This document shows, in pieces, positions 25,169-38,825 of a DNA stretch of 64,000 nucleotides. The notes below the pieces were generated by a model. The model was not told the DNA's origin and searched no databases. It saw only the letters and a list, made by a program, of their open reading frames with translations. Every line of letters starts with the position of its first letter. Within the stretch, counting starts at the first letter, position 1. The position numbers and the translations under genes are program-made. Source of the stretch: Lama guanicoe (lineage: Eukaryota); NCBI GenBank assembly GCA_013239625.1, contig MU054925.1:34327538-34391537 (forward strand). Direction: 5' to 3'.

Positions 25169-27335
25169 CGCTCCTACAAGAAGGTTGAGGGAGGGGAGGG
25201 TGCTAGTCTTTAGGAAGAGAGACGCTCAAACTCTGGCTCCAACAACGCTTAAGACTCAGGATGGGGTGTGTGATGTCTCTGAGCTGTGGTCCCTGGGAGG
25301 GTGGCCGAGACCTTGTGGCCACGTCCCCTTAACGTGGGGGCCCTGGGATGCACCACGTGTCTGCTCTGGGTCCGGAGGAAAAAGTGTCCCTGGAGAAGGC
25401 AGCTCCCCTCCCCTCCTAAGTCAGCTCAGACAGGTGCGCGCGGCCCGGAAGGAGGGCTGCAGCAGGTCCCCCACGACCACCAGACAGGTCCTTCCAGGCC
25501 AGAGCCCAGAAGAGTGGGGACTTGAGCCGGGCAGCATGCTGACCCCAGGACCAAGTCCAGCTGCTCAGAGTCCATGAGCAATCAGGCCAGGCCACTGGTC
25601 TAGCATCTCTGACAAAGCCACCCCGGGGCCAGGAAGAGAGGCAGCTCGGACCCCGCTCTGCCCCTCATCACCCGGCGCATGTTTTCTAAGAGCCACTGAT
25701 GCCTCAGAAAATTCTGACAAACGTTCTGTCACAAGACCATCTTCTGAGACACGCAGGCCTCTCTGCGGCCCCCATGGCCTTCCACCAGGCAAGCTGCAGG
25801 CGCGGACTCACACAGGCTGCGGCACTGAGACCCACCTGTGTGCCCACGCCCGGGGGACAGGAGAGCCGGCCCCGGGGCAGACGGCTGCCGAGACAATGGG
25901 AGAGGGAAGAGAACAAGCCGTGGGCAACTGGAGCCCAGGCACCTGCAGCCTCACTCCCTCTTAATGCCACCTACACGTCACACTGGTTGTAACAAAAGCA
26001 GAGACCACAGAAGTCTCCTGAAATGAGGAGGAATGGCAGGGCCCAGCCAACAAAAGCAGCAGTGACATGGATTAATGGGCCATACTGGACGCCTGCCTGG
26101 GAAAGCCAGGGTCCCTGGCTCCTCCGGGGCAGCCAGCCAGGAGGGGCTGCTTGGTCCCGGTCCTGATCTCTGCACCTGGCACTGCAGACAGGGACCCGCA
26201 CCTCTGGGTCTGAAGCTCTGAGCTCAGGGAGGTCGCGGAGCATTTGCTGGACGGGTAAACACTGGGTCGGGACAGAAGGAAAGTCCTGTTTGTGGTCTGT
26301 GAACTGTGGTCCTGCTCTGGTCTGTGAGGTGGCGTGGGCTTGAGACAGGCTGGGACCTGCCGTGCTCGCGTGTGGACAACTGTCTCCTCCAGCAACAGGA
26401 TACAAAGAAACCATAAGGGACTAAGCGTAAACCAAGACACAGAAAGGCCAAAACACAGCGGCCACTTCTGAGGTGCCGGGAGCAGAAGCAGGTGCTGTGA
26501 CCCCTGCACACAGACCACCACGGGGGCGCAGGCCACCCGAGCCCGCCCCCACCGCACCGCGGGAGGGCGCAGGGCACGCGCTCCCCGTCTGGCTCCCGCT
26601 GCAGCAGCACGAGCCGCGGCGGAGCCTGGCATGGACTTCCCGTCTGGCCGCTTGTCAGCTTCCACCGATTAAGGAACCCAAGAACCGGGGGCAGGAGCAG
26701 CTCGGCTCAGGTTACCCGCCCCAGTCACCAGCATCCACAAAACCAGAACATCTGCACAAAAATGCTTCGGCTTCCCTACGAGAAACTGGAAGTGGGGCGT
26801 CAGCGCCTCGTGGACAGCCCTCTGCCTGGGGCCGGGACCTCAGGCTCCAGCCCCACCGCCCTCCGTCCCCCGAGCAGAGTGCCCGGCCCGGTGGGGCCAC
26901 CCCAACCCCCGTGCAGGTGCCCGGCCCCTCCCTCTCTGCACGACCCCTGCTCTGGCCTGGCTTCCCCACACCAATGTCTCCACTGATGTCCACTCTTCAG
27001 CTGCTCAGCCCAGCAGCCCGCAGACCAGCCTCGTGGCTTGGGTGCCCAGACCCTCCCAGAGCGAGGGGTACATGAGGGGGCTGGAGGGCTGAGCACAGCT
27101 GGTGACTGACGAGGATGCCAGCCGTGGTGAAGGGCTGTCAGGACAGACGGCAGCCCGGGGGGGAGGGTGGTGACCATGGGGGCCCCCAAGGAGGTGACAC
27201 AAGCGTGAGGGCCGCCCTGGGAAGCAGCTGACCCGCTTGGGCACAGAGGAAGCAGTACCGACAGCTTGGCCCCGGACGGCGCGGGAGGCGGGAGGGAGGC
27301 CCCGGCTGTGCCGAGGAGCGCAGCCTCTTCCACCA

Positions 27336-27388
27336 GCGGGGAAGCCACTGGAGAGCTTTAAGCAGGAGAGTGATGCGATCTGACTTAT
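27336..27388 (-). mobile_element. L2 fragment
   Basis: ggggaagccactggagagctttaagcaggagagtgatgcgatctgactta. Confidence 0.6.
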
Positions 27389-30300
27389 TTATTTTTTAAC
27401 TCCAGTTCATAAACGCCGAACTGGAAGGCTGCGGCCCAGAAGGATGGCCTGATTACCGCTCCGCGCACCAAGACCGGCGGCCTGGGCGCACCGAGCATCA
27501 GCGCAGTCGTGACAGCCGCATGAAGGCAGCAAGGAGAGGTTTGCAGAGGAAATAACACGCAGCCTCCCAGCCCAGCACCTGCAGAAAGCAGCGACAGAGA
27601 AAGGAACCTGGCCCGAGAGCAGGGAACCAGGCGCCACTGGACGTAAGCAGAGCTGGGCAGTGTGCTCCCCGAGCTCAGATCTGCAGGATGGAAAGACGGA
27701 GCTGGGGAGGGAGGCGCACCGTTCGACTTGCTGTCGGCTGCTTTTCACACAGCTGCAAGTACCAGAGTTCAGAGCCACGGCTCCAACACCACGTGAGGGG
27801 ACAGCCCAGCTCCGGGTCAGAGGGCAGCGCTGGTGGGACGGGGGCTCCTGGTGCCGAGGATTCCAGAGCCGCCCTCCCCGTCCGCTCAGACGTTCTGCAG
27901 CACACCCTGCGGTGAAGCAGTCGGAGAAGCAGGCGGCTGGGCCCAGGTCACGCCCACGACCGTGACCTTCAGCAGGCAGGGGCTGTGTTTGGTGCCTCTC
28001 AGAGAGACTGGGCTCTGGGCAGCACTGTCCCCCTCCTCCCCCTCCCCCGAGAGCTCGGAACAGCCTCCGGGGCCGGCCAGGGGCCCTGGCGCCTCCCAGA
28101 GACGAGCCATCACGCAGGGGCAATCAGAACGCTGCTCAGACTGCAGGCCCACCCGTAAGCCCTGCCTGGCCCTCGGGGGCCACGGGGATGAGGCCCTGCA
28201 CCGCCCTTCTAGAACCCGCCTCGGCTCCGCAGACACGGCGCTTCCTTTGGCTCCTACTGTCCTTTGCCAGAAGTGCCTATTCCCACACCCTGCCTGCCAG
28301 CCCTGCAGACTCTCCAAGGCCCTGCCCACATGCTCCGTGGGCTTCGACTGTCCTGGCCCCAGTCCAGCCCTCTGGCAGCCCCTCCGCAATCCCGCCTGGG
28401 TCAGGGCAGCGGGGGTGCTGCCCTGCTTCTAAGTGGGAAGACTGGTGGGGACGCGCCTGGCTCGGGCCCTGACAGCCACGCCCCCGAGTCTCAGCCCCCA
28501 GCATCCCTCCCAACCGTCCCCTCTGCCCTCGGTAGCCGCGGCTGGTTTCCATGGCTGCAGTCGAGGCCTGACTGCAGCATCTTCTTCCCTCTCATCCAAA
28601 CAACTATTTCTCCCACCTGTGCTCCTGTTACACTTAAACACGTTTTATAATTAGAAATTCTAACTGTTATCATACTACGCGATCCACTGATCCCTCTGCA
28701 AACATGGGGATTCATGGGAGGAGCTGAGTCCCTTCTGTGTGTCTGGCACGGAACCCGGCGGGCAGGCAGCGCGCACGCGTGATGACGTACGCTTACACGT
28801 GCAAGTTGTCAGACGCACAGCTCAGCCCCAAGCCACCCTGTGACCTCCAGGAGCCTCCTCAGGAGGCCCCCTCCTTACTCCCAACAGAGAGCCAGTCACC
28901 ATCACTGCCACGTCCACGCGTGGATGCCGGTGAAGACCCTGAACTCCCACAGTTGCACAACAGCAGGGCGGGGCCAGAGCTCAGGGTCGTCCAACCCGGA
29001 GCCACGCTCCCAGAAGTCCTCCGGCAGAGAAGCACCACGATGAGGCCCCAGGTCAGTTCCTCTAGAAGCTGCCGCTGTTCAGCCATCGCCAGACCCAGCA
29101 CGTCTGCCCCGTCTGTGACAGCACAATCCTCCACCCTTCAGAGAGTTGTCGAGTTTCTGGAAAGACCCAGAGGCTTCGGCGCCCAGGCCAAGGAAGGAGG
29201 CAAGATGTCCCCAGAAAGTGCAGTGTGCACCCCGGTCCCAGAAGGAAACCGCCTGCCCCCGCGGCCCCTTAAGAGAGGGTCCCAGGAGTGAGCGCAGGGC
29301 TTCCACTCTGCTCAGAGCTGGAAGGAGTGTGCACCGGTGCACATCTGTGCGGGCATGCGTGTGCACACGTGTGTGTGCCCACACGTGCCAGGGACTGACT
29401 ACTTCACACCTGTGGGGACCGTGTCTCTGTGCCTTTTCTGGCCCGCTGAACTTTCACCCCTGGAGGGGCACCCAGCACAACTGGAGGGCGGGCCTGACTG
29501 CTGGACCTAAGTGACGTCCAGGAAGTGAAAGGCGGGGAAGAGGACTCTCCCCACCCCACCCACACCGCACACCATGGCAGGGGGAGCCTCCCCGCACAGC
29601 CTGTCATCCCTCTCCCAGGCCTGCGGGGGCCCTAACTTGGCTGGCTCTGGCCATTCTGGTCCCCACACAGGCACCCTGAACAGGTCAGGCCACCAGGACC
29701 TGCCACATGAGTTCTGCCCTGGGCGCATCACAAGGGGGGGACAACAGTGACCAGGGACCACAGATCCTCCAGCCGCCCTGCCTCCTCCTCTTGGTGAAGG
29801 GGAGAGAGACCTTCTCCCTGTCGAGTCCGCCCTGCGGACTTCACGGTGCTGAGCCCCAGCAGGAGGCCAGCAGCTCATGTGTGCAGGGGGGGCCCCCGCA
29901 ACCTCACTCCACAGATGCTCAGAAGCAGCCTCCAGACACGCGCACGGGCCAGGACATGCGGGACACGGTCCTGAAGCTCCGGGTGGCCCCGCTGCTGGCA
30001 GTCAGCCTGGCACAGACGAGGGCAGGGGACACGGAAGCATCCGTCCAGGTGTCACCGCAAGCCAGCAGACACCTCAGCCCCGCATCCAGGTCCTCCAGCC
30101 AGACAGCCCCTCTGCGGCACCCGCCCCGCGTGGGCTGTGGGAACGCGGCCCGGCCCTCGGTGCCTCTGTTCCCCCCTCGCCGCAGCGAGCACTGAGTCAC
30201 ACGGGAACAGCCCCCGGTCACGAGAGCACAAGTCCTAAGGCCCTTTCCCTCTTCTCGGTCGACAGCTGTTGGCCTCGTGTCCTTGCAGACCTTCGAAGAG

Positions 30301-31299
30301 CACTTGCCACGCTTCCATCCTTCCTGCAGGAAGGTCCCGAAACAGAGGCAGCTGCGACACCCCCAAAGGGAGCCCCTCACAGGCACCCCGACATCAGGCC
30401 AAACACTCTCCTTCCTGATGGCAGGGCTGGGGGTACGGGTGGCCGACCTGCCGGCCTCCTCAGGCTTGCTGAGGTCTCCCCTCTCCTGAATGAGTCAGAA
30501 GTTGACCTACTGACCGCAGACCAGCTTCTCGGCCCGGTGGATGCAGGGTACGTCTGGCGAGCCCAGCAGAAGCCAACAAGGGAAGGCAGCCCCCGGCCCC
30601 AGGCCCGCCCTCTGCTGACCAACCTCCTGTCGACCCGAGTGACCAGCTGGGCCCCAGGCTGGGCCAGAGACAAGGTTGCCACCACTACCTCAGCCGGGGA
30701 GAGAGACAGCACTTGACGTACCACACAGGGTGCCCGAGGAGGAGACCAGGCGCCAGGCCTCAGGAGGCTGAGAAAATTCAGAGAGGAGGTGGCACTGGCT
30801 GGTTGTGACCCGGACGAGGCGTCTAAGGAGGGAGACTACAGACCAGGGGGAATGCGTTCACAGCTAGGCGGTGTGTGGGGGGGGCTGGAGAGCCAGGTCT
30901 GAGGGGCAACAGGGTGGGGGTCTCAGCTCACGGGGGCAGCTGAGCCGGGGGGGAACCCTGCATCTGGCCCCCACAGTCAGCTGGAGACCCACGGCCAGTG
31001 ACAGAGGCGGCACAGTGGGAGGCCAACTGCCCACGTGGCTGAATGGCTCCTCCTGGCCGACTGCCCTGGTGAGCTCCGGACAAAGTTCCAAAGACCCCCC
31101 GGAGGCCCCAGAGGACGACGAACACAGGCAGGAGCCTGTGGGACACCGTGTTGCTAGGTTTTCCCGAGAACTTATCCAGAAACCAGAGAAAATCAGAAAT
31201 CTGTGTTCGGGGTATGGTGGAGAGTGAGGGGAGGCCCCCAAAGGAAGAGCCCCAGTCCTGCAGGTGAATCTGCCCACACCTCCGGTGCCCCCGGCCCAC

Positions 31300-31570
31300 C
31301 CACCCTGCGCGCTGAAACGGTCACCAGAGGGAACCTGACGGCTTACAGGTGGATCGTGGACGCCCCGTCCACGATCCGCGGTCCACCCTCAGACGCTGGG
31401 AAAACAAACAAAACCAGGTAATTAAAGCCAAAGCAAGTGGAAGAAAGGGAATAATAAAAACAGGAGTGGAAATCAACGACCCAGAAAGCAAACAACAGAG
31501 AAAACCAACCAAGTCACACGTGGGTTTGAGGGAGACCAACAGAGCTGATCACCTCCTGCCGGGCCCGAGG
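31300..31570 (+). mobile_element. L1 ORF2 fragment (region after the endonuclease domain)
   Basis: aattaaagccaaagcaagtggaagaaagggaataataaaaacaggagtggaaatcaacgacccagaaagcaaacaacagagaaaaccaacc. Confidence 0.75.
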
Positions 31571-32499
31571 GAGGGAGCAGGAGATGCAGCGGGTGTCGCA
31601 GGGGTGGGCGGCCACCTGGGAGGAGGCGCGCTCTCTTCTGGGAAAGGGCACCAGAGCAGAGGCACCAGAGGTGAAAACAGCCAGTGTCCGGCCCCATCCA
31701 GACTGTAGGGTGACCAGGTCTGGGGTCACCAGGATCCCGCCAACGCATGCCCTTTCATTCAGGTGAGCTGGTTCCTACGGTTTCCCACCCAAGAACCTGG
31801 GTGGCGTCGGGGCACAGGCACCGGTCGTACACGGAGGACAGCACTGCCCCAGAGGGGAGGGCGCAGCTCCCCCGCGAGGAGACGCACTGGGAGCGGCACC
31901 AGCGCAGTGGGAACCTGCCCCAAACTCGGACCAGTCTCTTCCCCGGCCCGGCCCTGAGGCACCGAGGGCTGAGGCTGCGGGGAGGCGCTCCGGGGGTTGC
32001 TGCAGCCAGGGCGGGGGTGGGGGCAGTCAAGGCCCCACTCCTGCTTCCACTGCAGCTCCCCCCACTTCTCATCGCTCACCAGCGCCGACATGTTCCCACC
32101 ACAGGCTCCACACCCAGCTTCGCCTAATCCCCAGCGTCCTGGCTCAGGACCTGCTCCGGCCTCACAGCTGGGAGCTGCCCCCCACCCCAGTCCCCAGCCC
32201 CCAGCCCCGCTCCCCTCGGGAACACGCTTCACAGTGCCTGCAGCGAGAGCCAGCTCCCGAAACACACACCCAAGGAGGAGCCTTCGGTGGAGCCACAAGT
32301 GCAGGGAATCAAGTCCAAGTTATCTTTAAAACGGCTTTCGATGCCTGAATATGCGGTTCCCGCTCACACCCAGTCTCATTCAGTCCCTCTCCTGTCCCGC
32401 CAAGGTGTCCTCCCCATGGGCCCCCGAGAACTCTCGGCTCCCCCCACCATGAGGCCCTGGTGGGATCCCCCAGGCTCTTCTGCACAAACCAGGCCCAGG

Positions 32500-34960
32500 T
32501 GGGAGTGGACGTGCGGCCGTGGCCCGGAAGGGGCTGTCAGAGCCGTTCCCAGCAAGGACAAGCGCCACTGCACTAGAGTTCACCCCAGTCATCTTGGCTT
32601 TGAAACAGCCGGTCACAACTCACCACATCAGTGGAACGAAGGGGACGCACGGTCACGAGCAGGCTCAGGAAGGCATCGGTAAAATTCAACGTGCAGTCAC
32701 AACGAAACTCAGCAGCTTAGCACAGAGACCTGGCAGAGTCCCTGCGAAATTCCGCACTGACGTCGCACTGGCGGTGAAATGCTGCCCGTCCTCCCCTCCG
32801 TCCTCAGCCAAGGCTGCACCGCCCATGGCGACCATTTCTAGTCACAGCTGCCCTGGAGGCACAGCCAGTGCAAAGAGTCAAGAGGAGAAGTGAACTTTTA
32901 AAGAATTCCCACCTTTGAGCTGGGAAGGGAAGAGTAAACCTGCCACGACACTCGGCGGACACGACTGTGGGCAGAACACGTGAGCAAACCACACAGCAGT
33001 ACGTGAACCGAGAGGCAAGTTTATGAGGGCTGCAGAAGGCAAGGTCAGTTTATAAAAACTAACCCTGTTCCTACACATAAATACAGAAATAAATACAAAA
33101 TAGGTGAGACGGAGTGAAAACCAATACCACGTTCGTTCACATCGAAAAGCATAAAGCACACAGGAAGGGATCTGCCAGAAAGGTCTGGGACCCCTGCACA
33201 GAAACCCAGGAGACACGGCCGAGAGGCCTGGAGACAGACACGTGGGGAGACGGGAGGCGGGGGGAACGACACGTGGGGAGACGACACACGGGGAGACAGG
33301 GGGGCGGGGGGACGGCCGAGCAGAAAAGAGGCCAGAGCTGCCGCCTCCCGCACAGCCATGCGACCAATGACAGCGGTCCCCCGGCTGAACGGTGGGGGAA
33401 GAAGGGCCTGTCTAGTAGACGACCCCCACGCGACACCTCACACAAAATCTAACTCACCATGGACTAGAGACCTGAATGAGAACGATCTTTTAAAATTGAA
33501 ACACAGTATCAGTGCAGTCTCTATCAAAATCTCAGCCGCCTTTTCTCTTCTGCAGAACCATCAAAATCCATCTGAAAATCCACACAGAATCTCGAGGGAC
33601 CCCAACAGTCAAAGGAGTCGGGAAAAGAACAAAGTTAGAGGATTCACATCTCTTGACTTCAAACCCACAGCGATGCCGAGGCAGCGAGACGGCATGGTGC
33701 TGACAGACGTACAGACAGAGGGATGGATGCAGAGTCCAGAAACAAACCCTTACACTTGCAGTCAACTGATTTTAACACGCGTGCCAAGTCCACTCGATGG
33801 GGAAGGAACGTCTCTCAACTGATGATGCGAACATACCAGGACATCCACGTGCAAAGGACGCTGGTCTCCTACCTCACACCACAGAGAGAAACTTAACATG
33901 GTCAGAGACCTAACTTTCAGAGCTAAGACTAGAGTATCCTTAGGAGAAAATGCAGGGGTTGATCTCCGTGATTTTCAGTTTGGCAGTGGATCTTAGCTAT
34001 GACACCAAAAGCATAACAACTAAAGAAAAAACATACACTGAAGTTCATCAAAACGGAAAAATCCTGTGTTTCAAGGGACACCATCACGAAAGTGAAAAGG
34101 CGCCCTCAGAGCGGGTGGAAGTGTCTGCAAATCGTGCATCTCCTAAGAGACTCGCGTCCAGAATGCATGAAGGACTCCGACAACTCAAAAGGAAAAGGGT
34201 AAGTAAGCTAACAGGGCAAAGGGTCTAAACAGACATCTCTTCAAAGAAGACACACAGAGGCCAAGAAGCCATGAAGACGCTGGGCATCACTGACCACCGG
34301 GGAAACAGAAACCAAAGCCCCGCAGAGGCGCCACTCACACCCACCAGAGTGGCCGTCGTCAGGAGGGATCCGGAGGGGCCCTCACACTGCTGGGGACACA
34401 AAGTGCTGCGGCCGCTCTGGAAGAGTCTGGCCGGACCTCAAGGGTGGAAGGTGAGAGTTACCGCCTCCGTGTGATCCTACCAGGTAACGACAGTACAGGG
34501 GAACTGAAAACACATGTCCCACAAGACCTCATTTGTGAATGTTCTTACAAGCGTTACTCACAGGAAGCCAAATGCCATCAGCTGATGAACAGACAAGACG
34601 TGGTCCACCCACACAGTGGAGTGTTACTCAGCCATAAAAAGGAATGAGACACTGACTGATACACGCCACACTACAATGAACTTTGAAAACTACGCTCAGT
34701 TAAAGAAGCCAGACACAAAGGCCGTGTGTTACCGACTCCATTTGTGAAATGTCCAGAACAGGCAACCACAGATGCAGAGACTAGATGGATGGTTTCCAGG
34801 GGCCGGGCGCCAGGGAGCCACTGCTAGTGGTGATGGCCTGGGGGGACAGTGTGAACCGTTCTAGAATCAGAGATGATGCCTGCAGAATTCTACGACTATA
34901 CTAAAAATAATAACTAGTACACCTTAAAAGCGTGAACCTTACGGAATGTGATTTACATCC
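32500..34960 (+). mobile_element. Ancient L1 (L1MB/MC-like) ORF2 RT and C-terminal remnants plus 3' UTR, strongly GC-shifted at its 5' part
   Basis: ggcatcggtaaaattcaac (32671), gggaagagtaaacctgcc (32926), agtgcagtctctatcaaaatc (33511), gagtccagaaacaaacccttacacttgcagtcaactgatttt (33732), ttactcagccataaaaaggaatga (34624), aagaagccagacacaaagg (34702). Confidence 0.85.
33236..33315 (+). repeat. Short G-rich tandem repeat (gacacgtggggagac-like) inside the L1
   Basis: gacacgtggggagacgggaggcggggggaacgacacgtggggagacgacacacggggagacaggggggcggggggac. Confidence 0.6.
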
Positions 34961-34999
34961 ACAAAAGGCTGGGTTTTTTAAGTGCTTCTGGAAGCAAAC

Positions 35000-35920
35000 A
35001 GTGAACAACGACAAACATCTTCATGACCACAGTGGAGGCCAAGAGGTTCTAAGCAGGAAACGTAAAGGATTAAACGTAAAAGGAGTGTGATAAACGGGAC
35101 TCAGCAAGCGATTACCGAGAGTGAAGTGTAGGCCCCAGCCCGGGAGAGGGAACCCGCATTACGTATTTTCGGCAAAGGACTCGATGCGAAACATATAAAG
35201 AACTCCTACAAGCTGATAGAAAAACACAACCCAATTTTTTTTTTAATGAGCAAAAGATCTGAAGTGACAGTTCACAAAGGGTCGTCTAAATGGCCAAGGA
35301 ACATGTGAAAGGGGCTCAACCTCCATCAGGAAACGCAGATTCCAACCCGTGCTTCTGTAGCTGAGCAGTGCAAATGAAACAGGGGGCAGCAAGACATGGC
35401 CACAAGACGCGGGGCCCCGGAGCGCCCACACCCTCCGGGAGGAAATGTGCGCTGGCACAAGCGCCTTAGAAAGCGAGTGGGCCACTGGGCTTCTGGGCAG
35501 ACACCCCACAGAGACAGCGGCATGTCCACAAAACACACGCACGAGAACACCCGTCACAGCACCACTCATCAGAGTCCCCGACTGGACACACGACATGGCC
35601 CCCGCACGTCGGTCAGTGCGTGGTGGTCTCTGCAGACAGCGGATTCCCACCCAGCGTCGGAAACGAGGAAACCACTGCTGACCAGGACATGGAAGGAAAG
35701 TGCACGCCATGTGCAGGAGGGCAGCCCGACCCACGGTGGCTGAGCAGGGCCGTGTCGTACACGGGCAGTGCCGACCAGGAGGGTGTCAAGGGAGCCTCGC
35801 GGCTACAGAAGGGACCGCATCTTCATCCAGGTGGCGAGCACACCTGGGCAAAAGTGCACTCTACTGCTGACCTGAAGTCACTGAATTCCTGTTACACCTC
35901 AAAAAAATGTATTTTAAAAA
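35000..35920 (+). mobile_element. Second old L1 (L1MC/MD-like) 3' fragment
   Basis: acatataaagaactcctacaa (35191), gagcaaaagatctgaagtgacagttcacaaa, aacatgtgaaaggggctcaacctc, ending ttacacctcaaaaaaa. Confidence 0.75.
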
Positions 35921-38489
35921 TATCTTGACCAACTATGACCTCAATCCACTCGGAGGCCGGGGCTAAGGCGCACTGACTGGGAAGGCATGGCCGACTGGCC
36001 TCCACGTGTCCCCGCCGGTCCCCACCCGGCTCCAGGCTGCAGCTGACGCTGGGCCCAGAGCAGCAGAGCCCGGCTCACGGCACACAAGCCCCTCCTCGGG
36101 AGGGACGCAGGGGAGGGCCTCCAGCCTTGCAGCCTCCACCAAAGCTGGGGCTGCCTCAGCATGCAAGACCCCGGCCCTCTGCCCTCAGACAGTGGACACG
36201 GGAAGCCAAGCTGCCCGGGAACAGGCCTGGCCGAACACGGTTCTCAGCTGACGGGCTCAGAGAAGCCCTCGGGGTGGCTGTCAGAATCCAGGCCTATGTA
36301 CCTGCACTTGTTCTGGAAAAATAATCCTACAACCGGAGACTGCGAGCCCACCTTCCCACCGTGATGCAGGGTGGTGGGGGCGCAGGGGACAGGCTGGCTT
36401 TACAGAAAGGGCACAGCCAGTGGAATGGAGGCCACTGAGACAGAACTGCCCACGCCACCCCCGCCGCTTCACACCGACCTGCCAAATCAAACTTTACACA
36501 CCCACCTTCACACCTGCCCGGCCTCCCTGTGGGCCTGGGAGCAGACCCAGCAGGTGTGCAGACCACAGCCCCACGGGAGACATCCCGGTCTACGGCCCAC
36601 CGAGGCCTCCTCAGACCCACTGGCAATGCCGAGAGCCCAATGCTGGAGGGCCAGGCAGTCCCAGAGACGTGGGGTGCCGGGGCCAGGCTGCCAACCCCCA
36701 CCCGGTCGAAGGGAGCCTGGTTGTGAGGCCTGCCTGCACCGAGCGCTGGATGGTGGCGGCTGGTCCATTCACATCCGCAGGCGGGAGCGCTCACCCTCCT
36801 GAGTGGTGAGCTGCAAAGGCCCCCGGGTTGCCATGGTGACTTGTATCTGAGAACACTGGGCCCACACGGATACGCTGCGGCTTCACATGCCTTCATTTCT
36901 TTCCTCTCAGAAACTACATTCACAATAGAGTCACAATCAGTGCAGGTAATAAACGTAACAAAAGGCGGGCCAGCCGTCTCCGAGGGGACTGGCCACCTCT
37001 GTGAGGCTGACGTGGACGCTCCAGGGGACGCGCGTGCCCTTGGCAGGCACCCATGGAGCACAGAGCCCATGACAGGCTGGGCCAGGCTCTGCAGGGGACA
37101 GGCGTCCGTGGTCGCAAAGCACCTGTCCACAGAGACACAGGCGATGCTCTCCACGGTCATCGCAGTAAGGGGACAGGCCAGGCTCCTCAGCCAGGCTCCC
37201 AATCTCACGGGGGCTCAGAGGGTCAGGAAGGGGCTGCACGAGAGAAACAGGAGGACAGACATACCCCCACTGCCAGCCAGCTCCCTGGGCCGGCTCACCT
37301 GCCCTAACACAGTGCTGGGCCCCTCAGGCCACCTTCCCGGCAGGGGAGGCTCCAGGACGAGGTGATGGCCCAAGGCTGGGGCTGCAGCACGGCCAGGCCA
37401 GGTTCCCGCCCCGGCCTTCCGGTGGCACTGACCTTGAGCCAAGAGACAGACTGTGTTTCCAGTAGGAAACAGCATGCTCGGGCCAACAGCAGCCCCAGGC
37501 CCAGAGACAGCGCAGTGCGGGGCACAGCGTGGGAGGCGGGCAGGACGCTGGCCTCCTCAGCTGACGGCAAAGATGTGGAATCACACAGTCAGCTGACGGG
37601 AGGAAGCCAGGCCCTTTACCTGGTAGTTGGCAATGCCCTAGACGTGGCTTCCAGACATCTGCCAGGAAAGCTTTTCATTAAAAAAAAAAAGCCAGAGGAA
37701 AATCTCTCTGGCAAGCCCCCAAGACACCGACTGCCAGGAGAAAACACAGCTGCTTTCCACAGGGCTCTGCTGCCTTCTGGCTTTTGGTCACTAAACAGGC
37801 AGGCGGCATCCCCTGAGCGCGGCAGGTAGGTGATTGCGTGGAGAGGAAGCCACTCTCCCCACCGGTGGGCCCCGGGCACAGAGCGCAGAGCAGGGACCCC
37901 CACCCTCAGGCTCAGCCCCCGAAGGACCGACCCAGTCACTGCACTGCAGAACCTCCAGGCCCAGTGCTCGCAGGGTGAGGGCCCTTCGTCTCCCGCCCGA
38001 GAGGGTCACAACTGTCCCGGGGCAGCAGGGAAGGTCTCATCTTGTCCCGGCATCCCGTGCTGTCCTGCACCAGGAGCCCCTCCACTCCAGTCTCTATGGG
38101 TGGTGACCCGGAGTGCCTGCTGTGGGGGCAGGAGGTGCCGCCGCATGGCCAGGTGGAGGGGCCCGGGCCCGGACCACGCCCTTCCGTTCTCCATCCTTGC
38201 CCCCACCCAGCGGCGGGGCCCCTCTGATCCCGGAGCTCTCGACCCTGCCCGAGGCCCCGCTGCCCCTAAGCGCACGTCCCCCCTTCTGGCTCCCACGGCT
38301 TTGTGGCCATCGTCCCCCCTCCCCTGGTGTCCTCACTCTCACCTGACTGGGTTTGGGGAAGGAGCAGAGGTCAGTGTTGTGCCCAGCGTGTCGTTTACCT
38401 CGGGCCGCCCACACACCCTCGGTCCTCACGCCTCCTGCCCCCGCCACTCCGCCATCGCCTCCCACAGGTCTGTCCCCACACCAGCCACT

Positions 38490-38825
38490 CTCCAACGGTG
38501 TCGGTGTAAAACACAAGCCCCGACCCAGGACCTCAGAACGTAGCCTGACTGGAGACAGGGTCTGTGCAGGGGTGATTAGGTTGAGTGAGCTCATCAGGGA
38601 GGACCCCCATCCAACAGTGCTGGTGTCTTCTAAGAGGGGACAACGTGGTGGGGAGAAGATGGCAGGTGTGACCGGCTGCGGGGGTGCTGGGACCGCCCTG
38701 GGCGCCTTCACTGGACCAGCACCTTGACTGCGGACTGTGGTCCAGGCCACGAGACAGTGAATTTCCACTGAAGCCGCCCAGTTTGAGGAGGTGTGTCGCG
38801 GCGCCCAGCAGTCTCGCCGGGACCT
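38490..38825 (+). mobile_element. MLT1A/B-like MaLR solo LTR (GC-shifted)
   Basis: cccaggacctcagaacgtagcctgactggagacagggtctgtgcaggggtgattaggtt...ctggtgtcttctaagagggga...gcaccttgactgcggact...gagacagtgaatttccactgaagccgcccagtttg. Confidence 0.8.
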
